From: a bacterium | GTDB lineage: Bacteria > UBP15 > UBA6099 > JAJRTR01 | Assembly: GCA_024278215.1 (NCBI GenBank) | Contig: JAJRTR010000138.1 | Coordinates: forward strand, 67,747-126,741 | DNA: 58,995 bases | Reading direction: 5' to 3' | Shown: positions 18,670 through 28,438 of the stretch, piece after piece | How positions within the stretch are numbered: the stretch's first letter is position 1 | Layout of the letters: each line of letters starts with the position of its first letter | Translations under genes and position numbers: made by a program | The notes under the pieces: model-generated | Database searches by the model: none | The model's input: only the letters and a program-made list of their open reading frames with translations | What the model was told of the DNA's origin: nothing

Positions 18670-19758
18670 TCACTTGATGTCTTTCACAGTTTCGGTTGCT
18701 GAATTGTTGCCGGTGCCCTCTTCGCCTTCAGGGAGCATCGGCGGGAAAAGTTCCTCGAAAGCCGCGCGGTCAACTTCGCCGAGATAGTTCATATTCGTAT
18801 TGAGTTTCAGGTTTGCCGTCAGTGCCGGATTCCATGGCTCCGTGCTGCCGTCGGGATGTGTGAATGTGAGCGAACCGCCACCCTTGATGTCCACTACACC
18901 TTCGGTTTTCATATCCATTATCAGTCCGTCTGCGATGACGAAGTGCATTATTCCACTGATATCCCAGTTGACGACAAGGTCCACTTTGTCGATGCTCATC
19001 TGGTCTTCACCCATCGGTATTTCGGGCAGCATCGCGAGGAAGTTGTTCAGGAATCCGGCATCGTAGTCGCCTTTTGTGCGGAACTTGATTTTTGCCACGC
19101 CGTCTTCGATGGACTCCAGTTTATATCTGAATTCGAGGACAGGAAATATCGGCATAGGCATATCTTCTTTACTGATTTTTTGCGCCCATTTGTCGCCAAT
19201 CGCAACCGGGCCGGTGGGGAACATCGGCGGGAGCAGGCCGGTGATCATGGGCATGATCGTGTCCATGCTCGTGAGGTCGAGCCCCATGTCGTCCATGCCG
19301 GGCAGCATTCCTTTGAGCATGTCGCCGCCGGGCATCGCCATGTCGGACACCTGTATATTTTCGATAGCGCCCTGTGGTGTGATGTCCATATCTACAGTCG
19401 GCGTTTTGCCGCTCATTCCGCTGTCCGGAAGCTGGAGCAGGCCGCCCAGCACAAGTTTTTTCATCATGAGGCGCATCTCATAGCTGGTGTAATCTTCCGT
19501 CGCGTCGATGGTGTCGAAATAGGCATCGGCGGATATCTCAGCCATCAGGTTTTCGCCGGTCATATTCGAGTTCGGCAGCGGTAGCGATTTCAGGTCGAAA
19601 CTCAGCGTGCCGCCCATTTCCACTTCGTAGTGGAGTATCTGGCCGGTCTTTCCTTTAATTGCGATTTTGATTGTTTCCTGGGCCGTCGCGCCGACTGCGA
19701 ATACCATTATTGCAACACAGAATGTCAGTAATACTACGATTCCTTTTCTCCGCATCAT
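18670..19758 (-). CDS. Hypothetical exported protein, Met/Pro-rich
   Basis: Signal peptide ending ATA-Q; FPxGPVAIGDKW motif; GGAGGAG RBS. Confidence 0.75.
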   Translation of the reverse strand: MMRRKGIVVLLTFCVAIMVFAVGATAQETIKIAIKGKTGQILHYEVEMGGTLSFDLKSLPLPNSNMTGENLMAEISADAYFDTIDATEDYTSYEMRLMMKKLVLGGLLQLPDSGMSGKTPTVDMDITPQGAIENIQVSDMAMPGGDMLKGMLPGMDDMGLDLTSMDTIMPMITGLLPPMFPTGPVAIGDKWAQKISKEDMPMPIFPVLEFRYKLESIEDGVAKIKFRTKGDYDAGFLNNFLAMLPEIPMGEDQMSIDKVDLVVNWDISGIMHFVIADGLIMDMKTEGVVDIKGGGSLTFTHPDGSTEPWNPALTANLKLNTNMNYLGEVDRAAFEELFPPMLPEGEEGTGNNSATETVKDIK

Positions 19759-19801
19759 AAACTTCTCCTCCGGTTCCCTTGTCGATTATACAATTGGCTC
19801 A

Positions 19802-19900
19802 CTAGTGTCGTGTCAACAAAGAAAAGACGTAAGGCGGGTAAGCGTGAAAACGATAAAGGTGCAGGCATCTTATGGATTTACAAGTGTGACACGACACCAG
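19802..19900. mobile_element. ~99-bp putative MITE (family G)
   Basis: Perfect 11-bp inverted repeat GTGTCGTGTCA (19805-19815) / TGACACGACAC (19887-19897); lone similar end at 17705-17716. Confidence 0.5.
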
Positions 19901-19953
19901 CAGGGCACAAAAACACAGAAAGCAAGAAGAATCCACATAAATAAACCCCGTTG

Positions 19954-20436
19954 TCAGGCGAGCGCTTCAGCCTTCTTTTTTACGAGTTTGCATTTCGGCT
20001 CGAAATCTTTTTTGATGCCGCTGATAACAGCTTTCGCAATGAGATTGCCGATCAGCGGCAATTTGATCTCCACAGTTCCATGTTCAGAGATGATGCAGGC
20101 GTCGTCACCGTCGGGAACGACCTCCGTTGTGCCCTGTATCTTCGACATTTTCTCCTGGCGCAGAACCCGGCAGCGCCATTTGCATGAGCGCGCCGCTCGA
20201 TCCCACTTCATCGAAACTTCTATCTTTTCCGTCTTATTGGGCGCCGGCCCGCGCGCGGGGTCTTCCCGGTCCACGATGAAAAAAACCACATCGCCTTCCT
20301 CTTTTTCCACACGCGCCTTCGCCGAGATCGCGCCCTCGATCTTCGCTTCGTCCTCGAGGTGCTCCGGCGAGGACAGTATGCCGACAACTACATCAGCAGG
20401 TGCCGGTATCTTTTTCCGCTGTTCATATTTCGCCAT
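19954..20436 (-). CDS. START/SRPBCC-like (DUF2505-type) protein
   Basis: Size and C-terminal GTVEIKLPLIGNLIAK pattern. Confidence 0.6.
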   Translation of the reverse strand: MAKYEQRKKIPAPADVVVGILSSPEHLEDEAKIEGAISAKARVEKEEGDVVFFIVDREDPARGPAPNKTEKIEVSMKWDRAARSCKWRCRVLRQEKMSKIQGTTEVVPDGDDACIISEHGTVEIKLPLIGNLIAKAVISGIKKDFEPKCKLVKKKAEALA

Positions 20437-20539
20437 CGTTGGTTTCCTTTACAGATAAAAGATTCCATATTCTATTTTATTGCAAAGAACATCGCAAGTA
20501 GTCCGGTCATATCGCGGCGGCCGTCGCCCGGGAAGTTGC

Positions 20540-22630
20540 TTATACGACAATGAACGTTGCGCTCAGAGACAGGTCGCCGGGGTTGGACGAAGGCCCTGCG
20601 AATACATTGTATGTGATCTGCTCGGTGACCCATGCGCCGTCTTCGACATTGTAGCAGGCAAGTGCCGACGGGCTGACGGTAAATGTCACGGTTTTCGTTT
20701 CGCCGGGTTCGAGGCTGATACGCTCGAACCCTTTCAACTCACGCACGGGCCGCTCGAAAGCCGAACCTTCATACCCGATATATAGCTGGACGACTTCATC
20801 GCCCGCTCTTGCGCCGGTGTTTTTTACATCCACCGATGCAGTGACAGTGCCGCCGGGCGGGACTCTTTCAGCAGACAGCACAAGGCTCGAGTATTCAAAG
20901 GTCGTATAGCTGAGTCCGAAGCCGAAATGGTACAGCGGTTCATATTTCTGTTTTTCCATGTACCTGTAGCCGTGCAGACCGCTGTAATCTATGTGTCTCA
21001 CACGGTTGTTGAAATGCACACACTGGTTTTCCGAACGCGGGAAAGCGACAGGCAGCCTGCCGGATGGGTTTGTGTCGCCGAAGAGAATTTCAGCAATTGC
21101 CGTACCGCCCGCCATGCCCGGATACCACGCCGTAAGCACCGCCTCGACCCAGTCGAGCCACGGCGACATCGTGATGGCGCTGCCGCCTTCGAGCACGACG
21201 ATAGTGTTGTCGTTGACACCCGCCACACCGGAGATCAGGTGTTCCTGGACGGGCGGCAGCGCGAGGTTCGGCCTGTCACCACCACCGGTTAAAACAGAAA
21301 TAAATTCACCTTCGTCCCTTGCTGTCAGGCCGGCGACAATAATAACCGCGTCGGCTTTCCCGGCAATGGTGCGGGCGGCGGAGATGTTGCGCCCCGGATT
21401 ATAGAGTACTTCGACATCGTCGCCCGCGAGGCGCCTGATGCCCTCCAGCGGCGTGATGCACTCCGGCGGCCTGACCCTGCTGCTGCCGTTGTCCCCGAGG
21501 TTACACATGTCGGCCAATCTGCCGATAACAGCAATAGTCTCGACTTTCTTCCTGTCGAGAGGCAGAACATCGTCACAGTTTTTCAGCAACACGATGCCCT
21601 TGCGCGCCGCCTCGAGCGCGAGTGCGACATGCTCTGGCCGTGCGACTGCATCTTCAGGGTATCCGTCGGGCCTGCCGACATGCGCGAAGCGCGCTTTCTG
21701 CCTGATTATTCGTGTTGTCGCTTCGTCTATATCCGATTCGGGCACATCGCCGTTTTTCACGAGTCCGACAAGTTTTTTCCCGTAACAAAACGTGCACGGC
21801 ATTTCGATATCCAGCCCGCCGCAAGCTCCTTTTTCGCCATCGCGCACACCCCATAAAAAATCGGACATTACCAGTCCGTCGAATCCCCAGTCTTCCTTCA
21901 GTATATCCCGCAGCAGGTGCCTGTTGTGACCGCAGTAATGGCCGTTGACCCGGTTGTACGCACTCATAACAGCCGCTGCCCCCGCGTCTATGCACTTTTT
22001 GAAATGAGGCAGATATACCTCGCGCAATGTACGTTCGTCAATTCTTACATCGACACGGAACCTTGTGTTTTCGATGCTGTTTGCGGCGAAATGTTTCACA
22101 CATGCCATGACATGATTCTGGAGTCCCCGTACGAGCCGCACACCCATTTCCCCGAGATGAAAAGGGTCTTCGCCATAAGTTTCCTGCGCACGGCCCCATC
22201 CGGGAAAACGCAGCACGTTTATGCAGACCGCACCGGAGAAATTCGCGCCCTGCGCCCTGGACTCGATTCCCATAACGTCGCCGATGCGCTCCTCGAGGCT
22301 GCGGTCCCACGACGCGCCCCGGCAGATTGTCGCCGGAAAACACGTCGAGTGGTTCAGCGCCACACCGCGCGGACCGTCTGTAAACCTGATGGGCGGTATG
22401 CTCAGCCGCTGGTTTTCGCCGGCGTCGAAAGGCTTGTGGTTGTACCTGATCATTTCGTACAGACGCGTGTTGCCGGACATCTGCCCGACTTTCTCCTCAA
22501 GCGACATGCAGCCCACGAGTTCCGCTATTTTTCCCTCGCGCTCCGCACCTTCCGGTGCTTCCACCACATCTTTCATCGTTGTTACCGCCACGCCGGTCGT
22601 GCCTTTTACGGTTTTATCGAAAATCGACAT
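20540..22630 (-). CDS. GH3 beta-glucosidase
   Basis: DGPRG, WGRAQETYGEDP, KHFAAN, VMSDF nucleophile, Fn3-like C-terminus; AGGAG RBS before ATG 22630. Confidence 0.94.
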   Translation of the reverse strand: MSIFDKTVKGTTGVAVTTMKDVVEAPEGAEREGKIAELVGCMSLEEKVGQMSGNTRLYEMIRYNHKPFDAGENQRLSIPPIRFTDGPRGVALNHSTCFPATICRGASWDRSLEERIGDVMGIESRAQGANFSGAVCINVLRFPGWGRAQETYGEDPFHLGEMGVRLVRGLQNHVMACVKHFAANSIENTRFRVDVRIDERTLREVYLPHFKKCIDAGAAAVMSAYNRVNGHYCGHNRHLLRDILKEDWGFDGLVMSDFLWGVRDGEKGACGGLDIEMPCTFCYGKKLVGLVKNGDVPESDIDEATTRIIRQKARFAHVGRPDGYPEDAVARPEHVALALEAARKGIVLLKNCDDVLPLDRKKVETIAVIGRLADMCNLGDNGSSRVRPPECITPLEGIRRLAGDDVEVLYNPGRNISAARTIAGKADAVIIVAGLTARDEGEFISVLTGGGDRPNLALPPVQEHLISGVAGVNDNTIVVLEGGSAITMSPWLDWVEAVLTAWYPGMAGGTAIAEILFGDTNPSGRLPVAFPRSENQCVHFNNRVRHIDYSGLHGYRYMEKQKYEPLYHFGFGLSYTTFEYSSLVLSAERVPPGGTVTASVDVKNTGARAGDEVVQLYIGYEGSAFERPVRELKGFERISLEPGETKTVTFTVSPSALACYNVEDGAWVTEQITYNVFAGPSSNPGDLSLSATFIVV

Positions 22631-22687
22631 CGCATTCTCCTCCTTTAAACCCAATAACGATTACTTAATATAAAACAGGCTTGTGTC

Positions 22688-22771
22688 TGGAGTGCGGTGA
22701 TTCATCACCGCTTTGTCTTCAAACGGAAATTATTTCCGGCGATGAAAACGACAATGAATTGTCGCACTCCA
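22688..22771. repeat. REPIN-like doublet of palindromic repeats
   Basis: TGGAGTGCGGTGATTCATCACCGCTTT and inverted AAAACGACAATGAATTGTCGCACTCCA; each half is itself a hairpin. Confidence 0.7.
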
Positions 22772-22895
22772 AAGCGCTTTGCCCCCTTAAGTAAACGGTA
22801 TCGCCGTCAAACCGCTCATTTGTAAATCTTACCACGTAAACAGTGAAACATGCTGGTATTTATGCGAAAATCACAATAAAATAATTCATGCTACT

Positions 22896-23073
22896 GAGCC
22901 ACTTGCAAAACTCTGTTCTACTGCGACCGGTTGCAATTATCCGGACCTGCGTTGTCGCCGCAAAATCATCCTCAACGTACTTGGCGAGTACGCCTGCGGG
23001 GATTTTGCACCTCCGCCTTGCTTCTGAAAAATTTCGTCCGGCCTCGCTACGAACATAATTTTGCAATTGGCTC
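22896..23073 (-). mobile_element. ~178-bp MITE (family A), diverged full copy
   Basis: TIRs and core conserved; no clear TSD. Confidence 0.85.
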
Positions 23074-23190
23074 AATCGAGGCACTTAAGTGACCGGTATT
23101 GGGGTTAAGATCGGGTAATACATCAAATACTAAATTCGTGCGTTTTCGTAAAAGGCATCTTTCCGTGTGATATAATTCACCTTTGAAAAC

Positions 23191-23389
23191 AACCCGGATT
23201 TCTCACAAAGAAATCCGGAAAATCAGGCGAACGCCTGTTCTACTGTGTTGCGGCGGCGATTCGGGATCGGTCACATACCAGCATTTTGCGCAAGAGGCTG
23301 GCTGACTGCTCTCTCGCCACTCACTTGCCGCGCCTTGTATTACAGGCATTCTCCTGATTTTGGCCCGCATTGGTGAAATATGCGGGATA
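23191..23389 (+). mobile_element. ~200-bp element (family B), full copy
   Basis: Left hairpin AACCCGGATTTCTCACAAAGAAATCCGG, internal IR AAAATCAGGCGAACGCCTGT / ACAGGCATTCTCCTGATTTT, right hairpin CCCGCATTGGTGAAATATGCGGG. Confidence 0.8.
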
Positions 23390-23447
23390 AACGGCCTCCG
23401 ACCCTGTCGGTGGTTTATAACTGTATCGAAAATCTGGAGGTTGCTCT

Positions 23448-24242
23448 ATGTCATCGGATCTTGTGTTGAGGAAAAAAGATAATGATGTAATGACCCTGTT
23501 GCTCAACAGGCCGGAGAAGAAAAACGCTATATCATTTGAGATGGCCTGGGAGTTGGAAGCGGCTGTCGAGGAAGCGGCGCTGGACAACGATGTACGCATT
23601 GTCGTGCTGCGCGGATCGGGCGATTGCTTCTGCTCGGGCATAGATTTCAATTCTCTGGCGGAGATCAACTCGAAGTTTCCGCAGACCCGCGAATTCAGGT
23701 TTATGCTCGAAAAGCTTCAGCATGTGGGAAACACAATCGAGAAGATGGAAAAGCCCGTGATCGCAGTGCTCCATAAATACTGCTATGGAATGGGCACGGA
23801 AATAGCTGCTGCCGCCGATTTCAGGATAGCGGCGGACGACACGAAGATAGGAATACAGGAAGTGGAACTGGGTCTCATTCCCGATGTCGGCGGCACCACG
23901 CGGATAACCCGCCTTGTGGGTATACCGATGTCGAAAGAGTTGATAATGACAGCACGGGTTCTCAGCGCGGCGGAAGCGTTCGAGATCAGGCTCGTAAACG
24001 AAGTAGCAGCGCTGGACGGGATCGACGCCGTGCTGGATAAATGGATCGAACGTCTGCGAGGTTGCGCTCCTCTGGCTGTGGGTATCGCAAAGAAGATCAT
24101 CGACCGCTGTGCACATCTCGACAAAATGACATTCATGGAGATCGAGGGCATCGCGCAGAGTACGATACTGAAAACTGAAGATGTGATGGAAGGCGTCATG
24201 GCTCGTGTGCAGAAACGGAAGCCGGTTTTTAAGGGCAAATAG
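23448..24242 (+). CDS. Enoyl-CoA hydratase/isomerase family
   Basis: LNRPEKKNA, FCSGID, GMGTE, EVELGLIPDVGG. Confidence 0.92.
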   Translation: MSSDLVLRKKDNDVMTLLLNRPEKKNAISFEMAWELEAAVEEAALDNDVRIVVLRGSGDCFCSGIDFNSLAEINSKFPQTREFRFMLEKLQHVGNTIEKMEKPVIAVLHKYCYGMGTEIAAAADFRIAADDTKIGIQEVELGLIPDVGGTTRITRLVGIPMSKELIMTARVLSAAEAFEIRLVNEVAALDGIDAVLDKWIERLRGCAPLAVGIAKKIIDRCAHLDKMTFMEIEGIAQSTILKTEDVMEGVMARVQKRKPVFKGK

Positions 24243-24331
24243 CCCATGAGCGGACACTGTTGAAAAAGGAGGCCCGGGAGTATTGCCATTAACCGGTGTC
24301 GCGGTCGATGCGAAGAATTCAAAGCGGGAAT

Positions 24332-25693
24332 TTATTTCAAACCGTACTCGTCGATCTTATAGTACAACGCGCGTTCGCTGAGCGCGAGTCTTTTCGCGGC
24401 GTTCTTCCTGCTTCCCCCTGTTTCCTCGAGCACCCTTTTGATGATGCTGCGCTCGACACGCGACATCATCTTTTTCAGAGATTCCTCTTTCATGAGGCTG
24501 TCGGCGTGAAAATCTCCGGCCGGCCCGTCGATTATCGATGTCAGGTTTTCGGAAGTAATGGTCGTCCTGTCGCAAAGAAGAACCGCCTGCTCGATCACAT
24601 TTATTAATTCGCGTACATTCCCCGGCCAATTGTGGGAAAGAAGCGTGCTGACCGCGTCCGGAGAAAAACCGTCTATATTCCGACCGTGCTCCGACCTGAG
24701 TTTTTCGAGATAATGCTCTGCAAGCAGCATGATGTCCTCGCGCCGCTCGCGTAGCGGAGGGATATGGATTTCAATGACTTTGATTCTGTGGTACAGGTCG
24801 AGCCGGAAATTGTTCCTTTCAACTTCCCGCGCGAGATTTTTGTTGGTCGAGCAAATAAGTCTTACAGCTACCGGCATCGTCTGTGTGTCGCCGACACGCC
24901 GGATCGTACCCTCGTCGAGTGTCCGCAGAAGTTTTGCCTGGAGCCCCATCTGCATATCCGCTATTTCATCAAGCAACAGTGTGCCGCCGCCGGCTTCCTC
25001 GAACAGTCCCCTTTTCGAGCTCACGGCACCGGTAAACGCACCGCGCACGTGGCCGAACAGTTCGCTCTCGAGCAGGTTTTCAGGTATCGCCGCGCAGTTT
25101 ACCGCGACAAACTTCCCGTCGCGGCATGCGCTGTTGTAGTGGATAGCTTTGGCAACAAGGTCTTTTCCCACACCCGTGTCGCCTGTGATCAGCAGTGATA
25201 CATTCGTGGACGATATACGTTTTATCATATCGAATAAGTGTTGCATCGACTTGCTTTTACCGATGATTCCCGAGAAGTTGTATCTCTCCTCGAGCTGTGC
25301 CCGCAGACGCATATTTTCACGAAACAACGAAATTTTTTCCAGCGCTTTTTTTGCTATTTCTTTTATCTCGTCGAGGTTGAACGGCTTTGTGACATAATCG
25401 TCCGCGCCCAGTTTCATGCACTCGATCGCATTTTCGATCGATCCATACGCTGTTATCATCACAACTGCCGGTGGATCATCCAATCTTTTTGCTATCTTGA
25501 GGATGTCCGTGCCGTCCATATCCGGGAGATGCACATCCGCGAGCACAAGCTCGAATGAATCCGACTTGATTTTGCGCACGGCAGTCTCTCCATCTGTAGC
25601 CGTATCTGTCTCATACCCGGCTTCGGATAGAGCAGTATCAAGTATTTCCACCAGTGATTCCTTGTCGTCAATTATCAGTATTCGTTCCGGCAT
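24332..25693 (-). CDS. Sigma-54 dependent response regulator (NtrC/AtoC family)
   Basis: Receiver domain, Walker A GDTGVGK, ESELFGHxxGAFTGA, C-terminal Fis-type HTH. Confidence 0.95.
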   Translation of the reverse strand: MPERILIIDDKESLVEILDTALSEAGYETDTATDGETAVRKIKSDSFELVLADVHLPDMDGTDILKIAKRLDDPPAVVMITAYGSIENAIECMKLGADDYVTKPFNLDEIKEIAKKALEKISLFRENMRLRAQLEERYNFSGIIGKSKSMQHLFDMIKRISSTNVSLLITGDTGVGKDLVAKAIHYNSACRDGKFVAVNCAAIPENLLESELFGHVRGAFTGAVSSKRGLFEEAGGGTLLLDEIADMQMGLQAKLLRTLDEGTIRRVGDTQTMPVAVRLICSTNKNLAREVERNNFRLDLYHRIKVIEIHIPPLRERREDIMLLAEHYLEKLRSEHGRNIDGFSPDAVSTLLSHNWPGNVRELINVIEQAVLLCDRTTITSENLTSIIDGPAGDFHADSLMKEESLKKMMSRVERSIIKRVLEETGGSRKNAAKRLALSERALYYKIDEYGLK

Positions 25694-25961
25694 TTCTCTC
25701 CAGTGTTCAGACTGTGTGCAATAAATTCGCTACTGCCGCTTTGCTGATATTTTATGCCCGGCGGCAGTTGTCTAGCTGAAAAAATGTTTAATGTCATTTT
25801 ACATTAGTGTCCCCAAAAACAGAAACAAAAACAAAAAACAATGACACTTCCGTTTTCGCGGGAATGCCCTGTTATTATGTTCAGTTGCTCCGGACACTAA
25901 CCGTTTTACTGATAAAATAACGGCCTTTAGCGTATAATACGGAAGAATGGAGGAATAGGTA

Positions 25962-26759
25962 ATGGGTGTTATTTATGAAAAAGACGGACATATTGTAAAG
26001 GTGGGACTTGATATTCCTGAATCGAAAAATGCAATGGGGCCGGACGTACTCCTGGAACTGTACAATATATGGGAAGAATGTGAAAGGGATAAGACGATAC
26101 GTGTGGTGGTCGTATATTCCGCACTCGAGGATATTTTCTGTTCGGGCCTAAACCTTAAAACAGCGATACCGTTGCTGACTGGAATGCGTGGCCCCGAGAA
26201 TGAAACGGAAGAATGGATGATGAAGAATCCTGCGGCATGGAGTAAGGCAATACTGAAGTATAAAGATTTTGATGTGCCGGTGATCGCGTCGATACACGGA
26301 TATTGTCTCACAGGCGGTTTCGAGATGGCGATGGGTTGTGAACTAAGGGTGGCATCTGAAGATGCGATATTCCAGATGCGCGAAACCACACTCGGCATCA
26401 TGCCTATCGGCGGCTCGAATGTTTTCCTTCAGCACCAGGTCGGTATGGGGCGCGCGCTCGAGATTCTTCTCACGGGCGACAATTTCAGCGCTGAAACTCT
26501 TTATGACTGGGGTTTCCTCAACAGGTTGACAACTAAAGACAAGCTTATGGATACGACGATGGAACTTGCGGAAAGAATAGCGTCCAACGGCCCGAAATCC
26601 GTAAGGGGAATGACACGTTGCGCGAGGATGATACAGGGCAAAACGCTTGGCGAGGCTTTCGATATCGAGATGAATATCGGCGCCCCCATTTTCAGCAGCG
26701 ACGATGCCCGTGAAGGGGTCAGGGCGCAAAAGGAAAAACGAAAACCTGATTTTAAATAA
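25962..26759 (+). CDS. Enoyl-CoA hydratase/isomerase family
   Basis: FCSGLNL, GGFE, ETTLGIMPIGG, EKRKPDF. Confidence 0.9.
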   Translation: MGVIYEKDGHIVKVGLDIPESKNAMGPDVLLELYNIWEECERDKTIRVVVVYSALEDIFCSGLNLKTAIPLLTGMRGPENETEEWMMKNPAAWSKAILKYKDFDVPVIASIHGYCLTGGFEMAMGCELRVASEDAIFQMRETTLGIMPIGGSNVFLQHQVGMGRALEILLTGDNFSAETLYDWGFLNRLTTKDKLMDTTMELAERIASNGPKSVRGMTRCARMIQGKTLGEAFDIEMNIGAPIFSSDDAREGVRAQKEKRKPDFK

Positions 26760-26868
26760 TCGGTCCTGTTTTTGTCGGGCTCTTAGCGCGCATATTTGTT
26801 GTCCCGCATCCGGAGTCGCACTTTCCGGTCGAGAAGGCCGTAGTCGCCTGTAAGAATAACGTATTGGG

Positions 26869-27675
26869 TCAGCTAATATTACCGGCGAAATTCTCGATAG
26901 CCGCGGCGACCTTTTCGGGTTGCTCGAGGGGCAGGTAGTGGCTGTGGTTTTCGATCACCCTGAATTCCGCGCCGTCGATGCCGTCGGCAAGCTCGCGCAC
27001 TCTGGCCGGTTTGATCAGTTCGTCTTCGCTGGAGCACAGTACGAGAGTCGGCATATCGAGTTTTGGCAGATCACGGCGGTAGTCCATGAACGCGATTGCT
27101 TTGAAGCACTGTGCGACGGCGGTATTGTCGAAGTCCAGTTCGGGACGGTCCCACTCGGGGAAAAGATCACGCGGTTTATTCTTTGTTTTATTCCTTATAA
27201 TGGCACCGATGAGCATCGGCAGGAAACAAACGATTGTCGCGAGCAGCCTGAACAGCAAGTTCAGGACACGGCCCGGAATCATACAGGCTGTAGTCGCAAC
27301 CAGCACGAGAGCATCCACCCGCTCGGGATACTTCATAGCGAACCGCTGGGCTATCATGCCGCCCATCGAGTGCCCGGCGATAATCGCGCTGTCGAGCCCC
27401 AACTCGTCCATCATACCGGCGAGGTCCTCGACATGAGTATCGAAATCATAATCCGCTCCGTCGCTTTTGTCCGACAGGCCGTGGCCGCGCAGATCGTAGC
27501 CGAAGACATGCATCGAGCGTCCGAGAATATCCGCCGCCGGTGTCCACCGCGTATAGTTTCCCGCCAGCCCGTGAAGCAGTATAATCGGTCGTCCCTGGTT
27601 TTTATGTTCATAGTAATTCATCTTTAAGCCGGTTCGCTTAATGTCTATTTTTTTCAAACCCCTGGTTTCCTCCAC
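26869..27675 (-). CDS. Alpha/beta fold hydrolase
   Basis: LLHG, DLRGHG, GHSMGG nucleophile elbow, C-terminal His; start uncertain (27675 or 27621). Confidence 0.9.
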   Translation of the reverse strand: MEETRGLKKIDIKRTGLKMNYYEHKNQGRPIILLHGLAGNYTRWTPAADILGRSMHVFGYDLRGHGLSDKSDGADYDFDTHVEDLAGMMDELGLDSAIIAGHSMGGMIAQRFAMKYPERVDALVLVATTACMIPGRVLNLLFRLLATIVCFLPMLIGAIIRNKTKNKPRDLFPEWDRPELDFDNTAVAQCFKAIAFMDYRRDLPKLDMPTLVLCSSEDELIKPARVRELADGIDGAEFRVIENHSHYLPLEQPEKVAAAIENFAGNIS

Positions 27676-27900
27676 AAATCCGAAACTAACTTAACTTGTG
27701 CGTTGTTGAAACATGCGCAGAATTTCCTGGGAACACGATTCGGAATTAAAGAACAAATTTCAGTCATGTCCCCGAAATTCTTACAAAACATCTGAACTTG
27801 CTCAAATTCAGAGCTAAGAAATTATAGTCATGTATGTCCGAATTTGAAGGTTAGCGGTCAAGATTGTTGTAATTGTTGTTCGAACGGAAGTTTTGCTCTT

Positions 27901-27941
27901 AACCCGGATTTCTCACAAAGAAATCCGGAAAATCGGGGGAA
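27901..27941 (+). repeat. Solo left end/hairpin of family B element
   Basis: AACCCGGATTTCTCACAAAGAAATCCGGAAAATC identical to 23191 onward. Confidence 0.85.
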
Positions 27942-28037
27942 TAGATGAAAATAGCTGCATACACGTATTTCGCAATACGTATGCCGCAGGGTAACTGTTA
28001 TTGGAATCGTTATGAAACAGGGAAAAGCGAGTCCGGA

Positions 28038-28238
28038 TCAAAAATGGTTTTCGAGCATTTCCTCTAATGATTCGTGAAACTCCTTGAGCCCCTCTTCCGG
28101 GATAAAAACAAAACTTCTCTTTTCACCGTTGCTCTCTGTCACCTTGAGAAACTTTCCGTTGGGATTCTCCTTCAGGTCCAGGAAAAACGCCTTGTTTCTG
28201 GTAATAATCTTTTTAGTATAAAGGGTTTTCTCCTCCAT
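28038..28238 (-). CDS. Bacterial PUR-domain (Pur-alpha/DUF3276-like) DNA/RNA-binding protein
   Basis: KxFFLDLKENxxGKFLKVTES...RSFVFIP single PUR repeat; GAGGTG RBS. Confidence 0.85.
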   Translation of the reverse strand: MEEKTLYTKKIITRNKAFFLDLKENPNGKFLKVTESNGEKRSFVFIPEEGLKEFHESLEEMLENHF

Positions 28239-28308
28239 CCAAATACACCTCTCCTAAGTAATTCTACAGGCTCGCCACGTCCCATGTATGTTGAGATAGC
28301 TTATAATC

Positions 28309-28337
28309 ATATTAGCTAACTCGGAAAACGGTGTCAA
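28309..28337 (-). promoter_or_regulatory. Putative sigma70 promoter of PUR gene
   Basis: TTGACA-17 bp-TAATAT on minus strand. Confidence 0.55.
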
Positions 28338-28370
28338 CAATACAAAATACCTGAATAATTGCGGTTATTA

Positions 28371-28397
28371 GCCCGCATTGGTGAAATATGCGGGTTA
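28371..28397 (+). repeat. Solo right end/hairpin of family B element
   Basis: GCCCGCATTGGTGAAATATGCGGGTTA. Confidence 0.85.
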
Positions 28398-28438
28398 TTC
28401 ATTATCGCCGTCTCCTGTTCGGACAACATGCGGGCATG

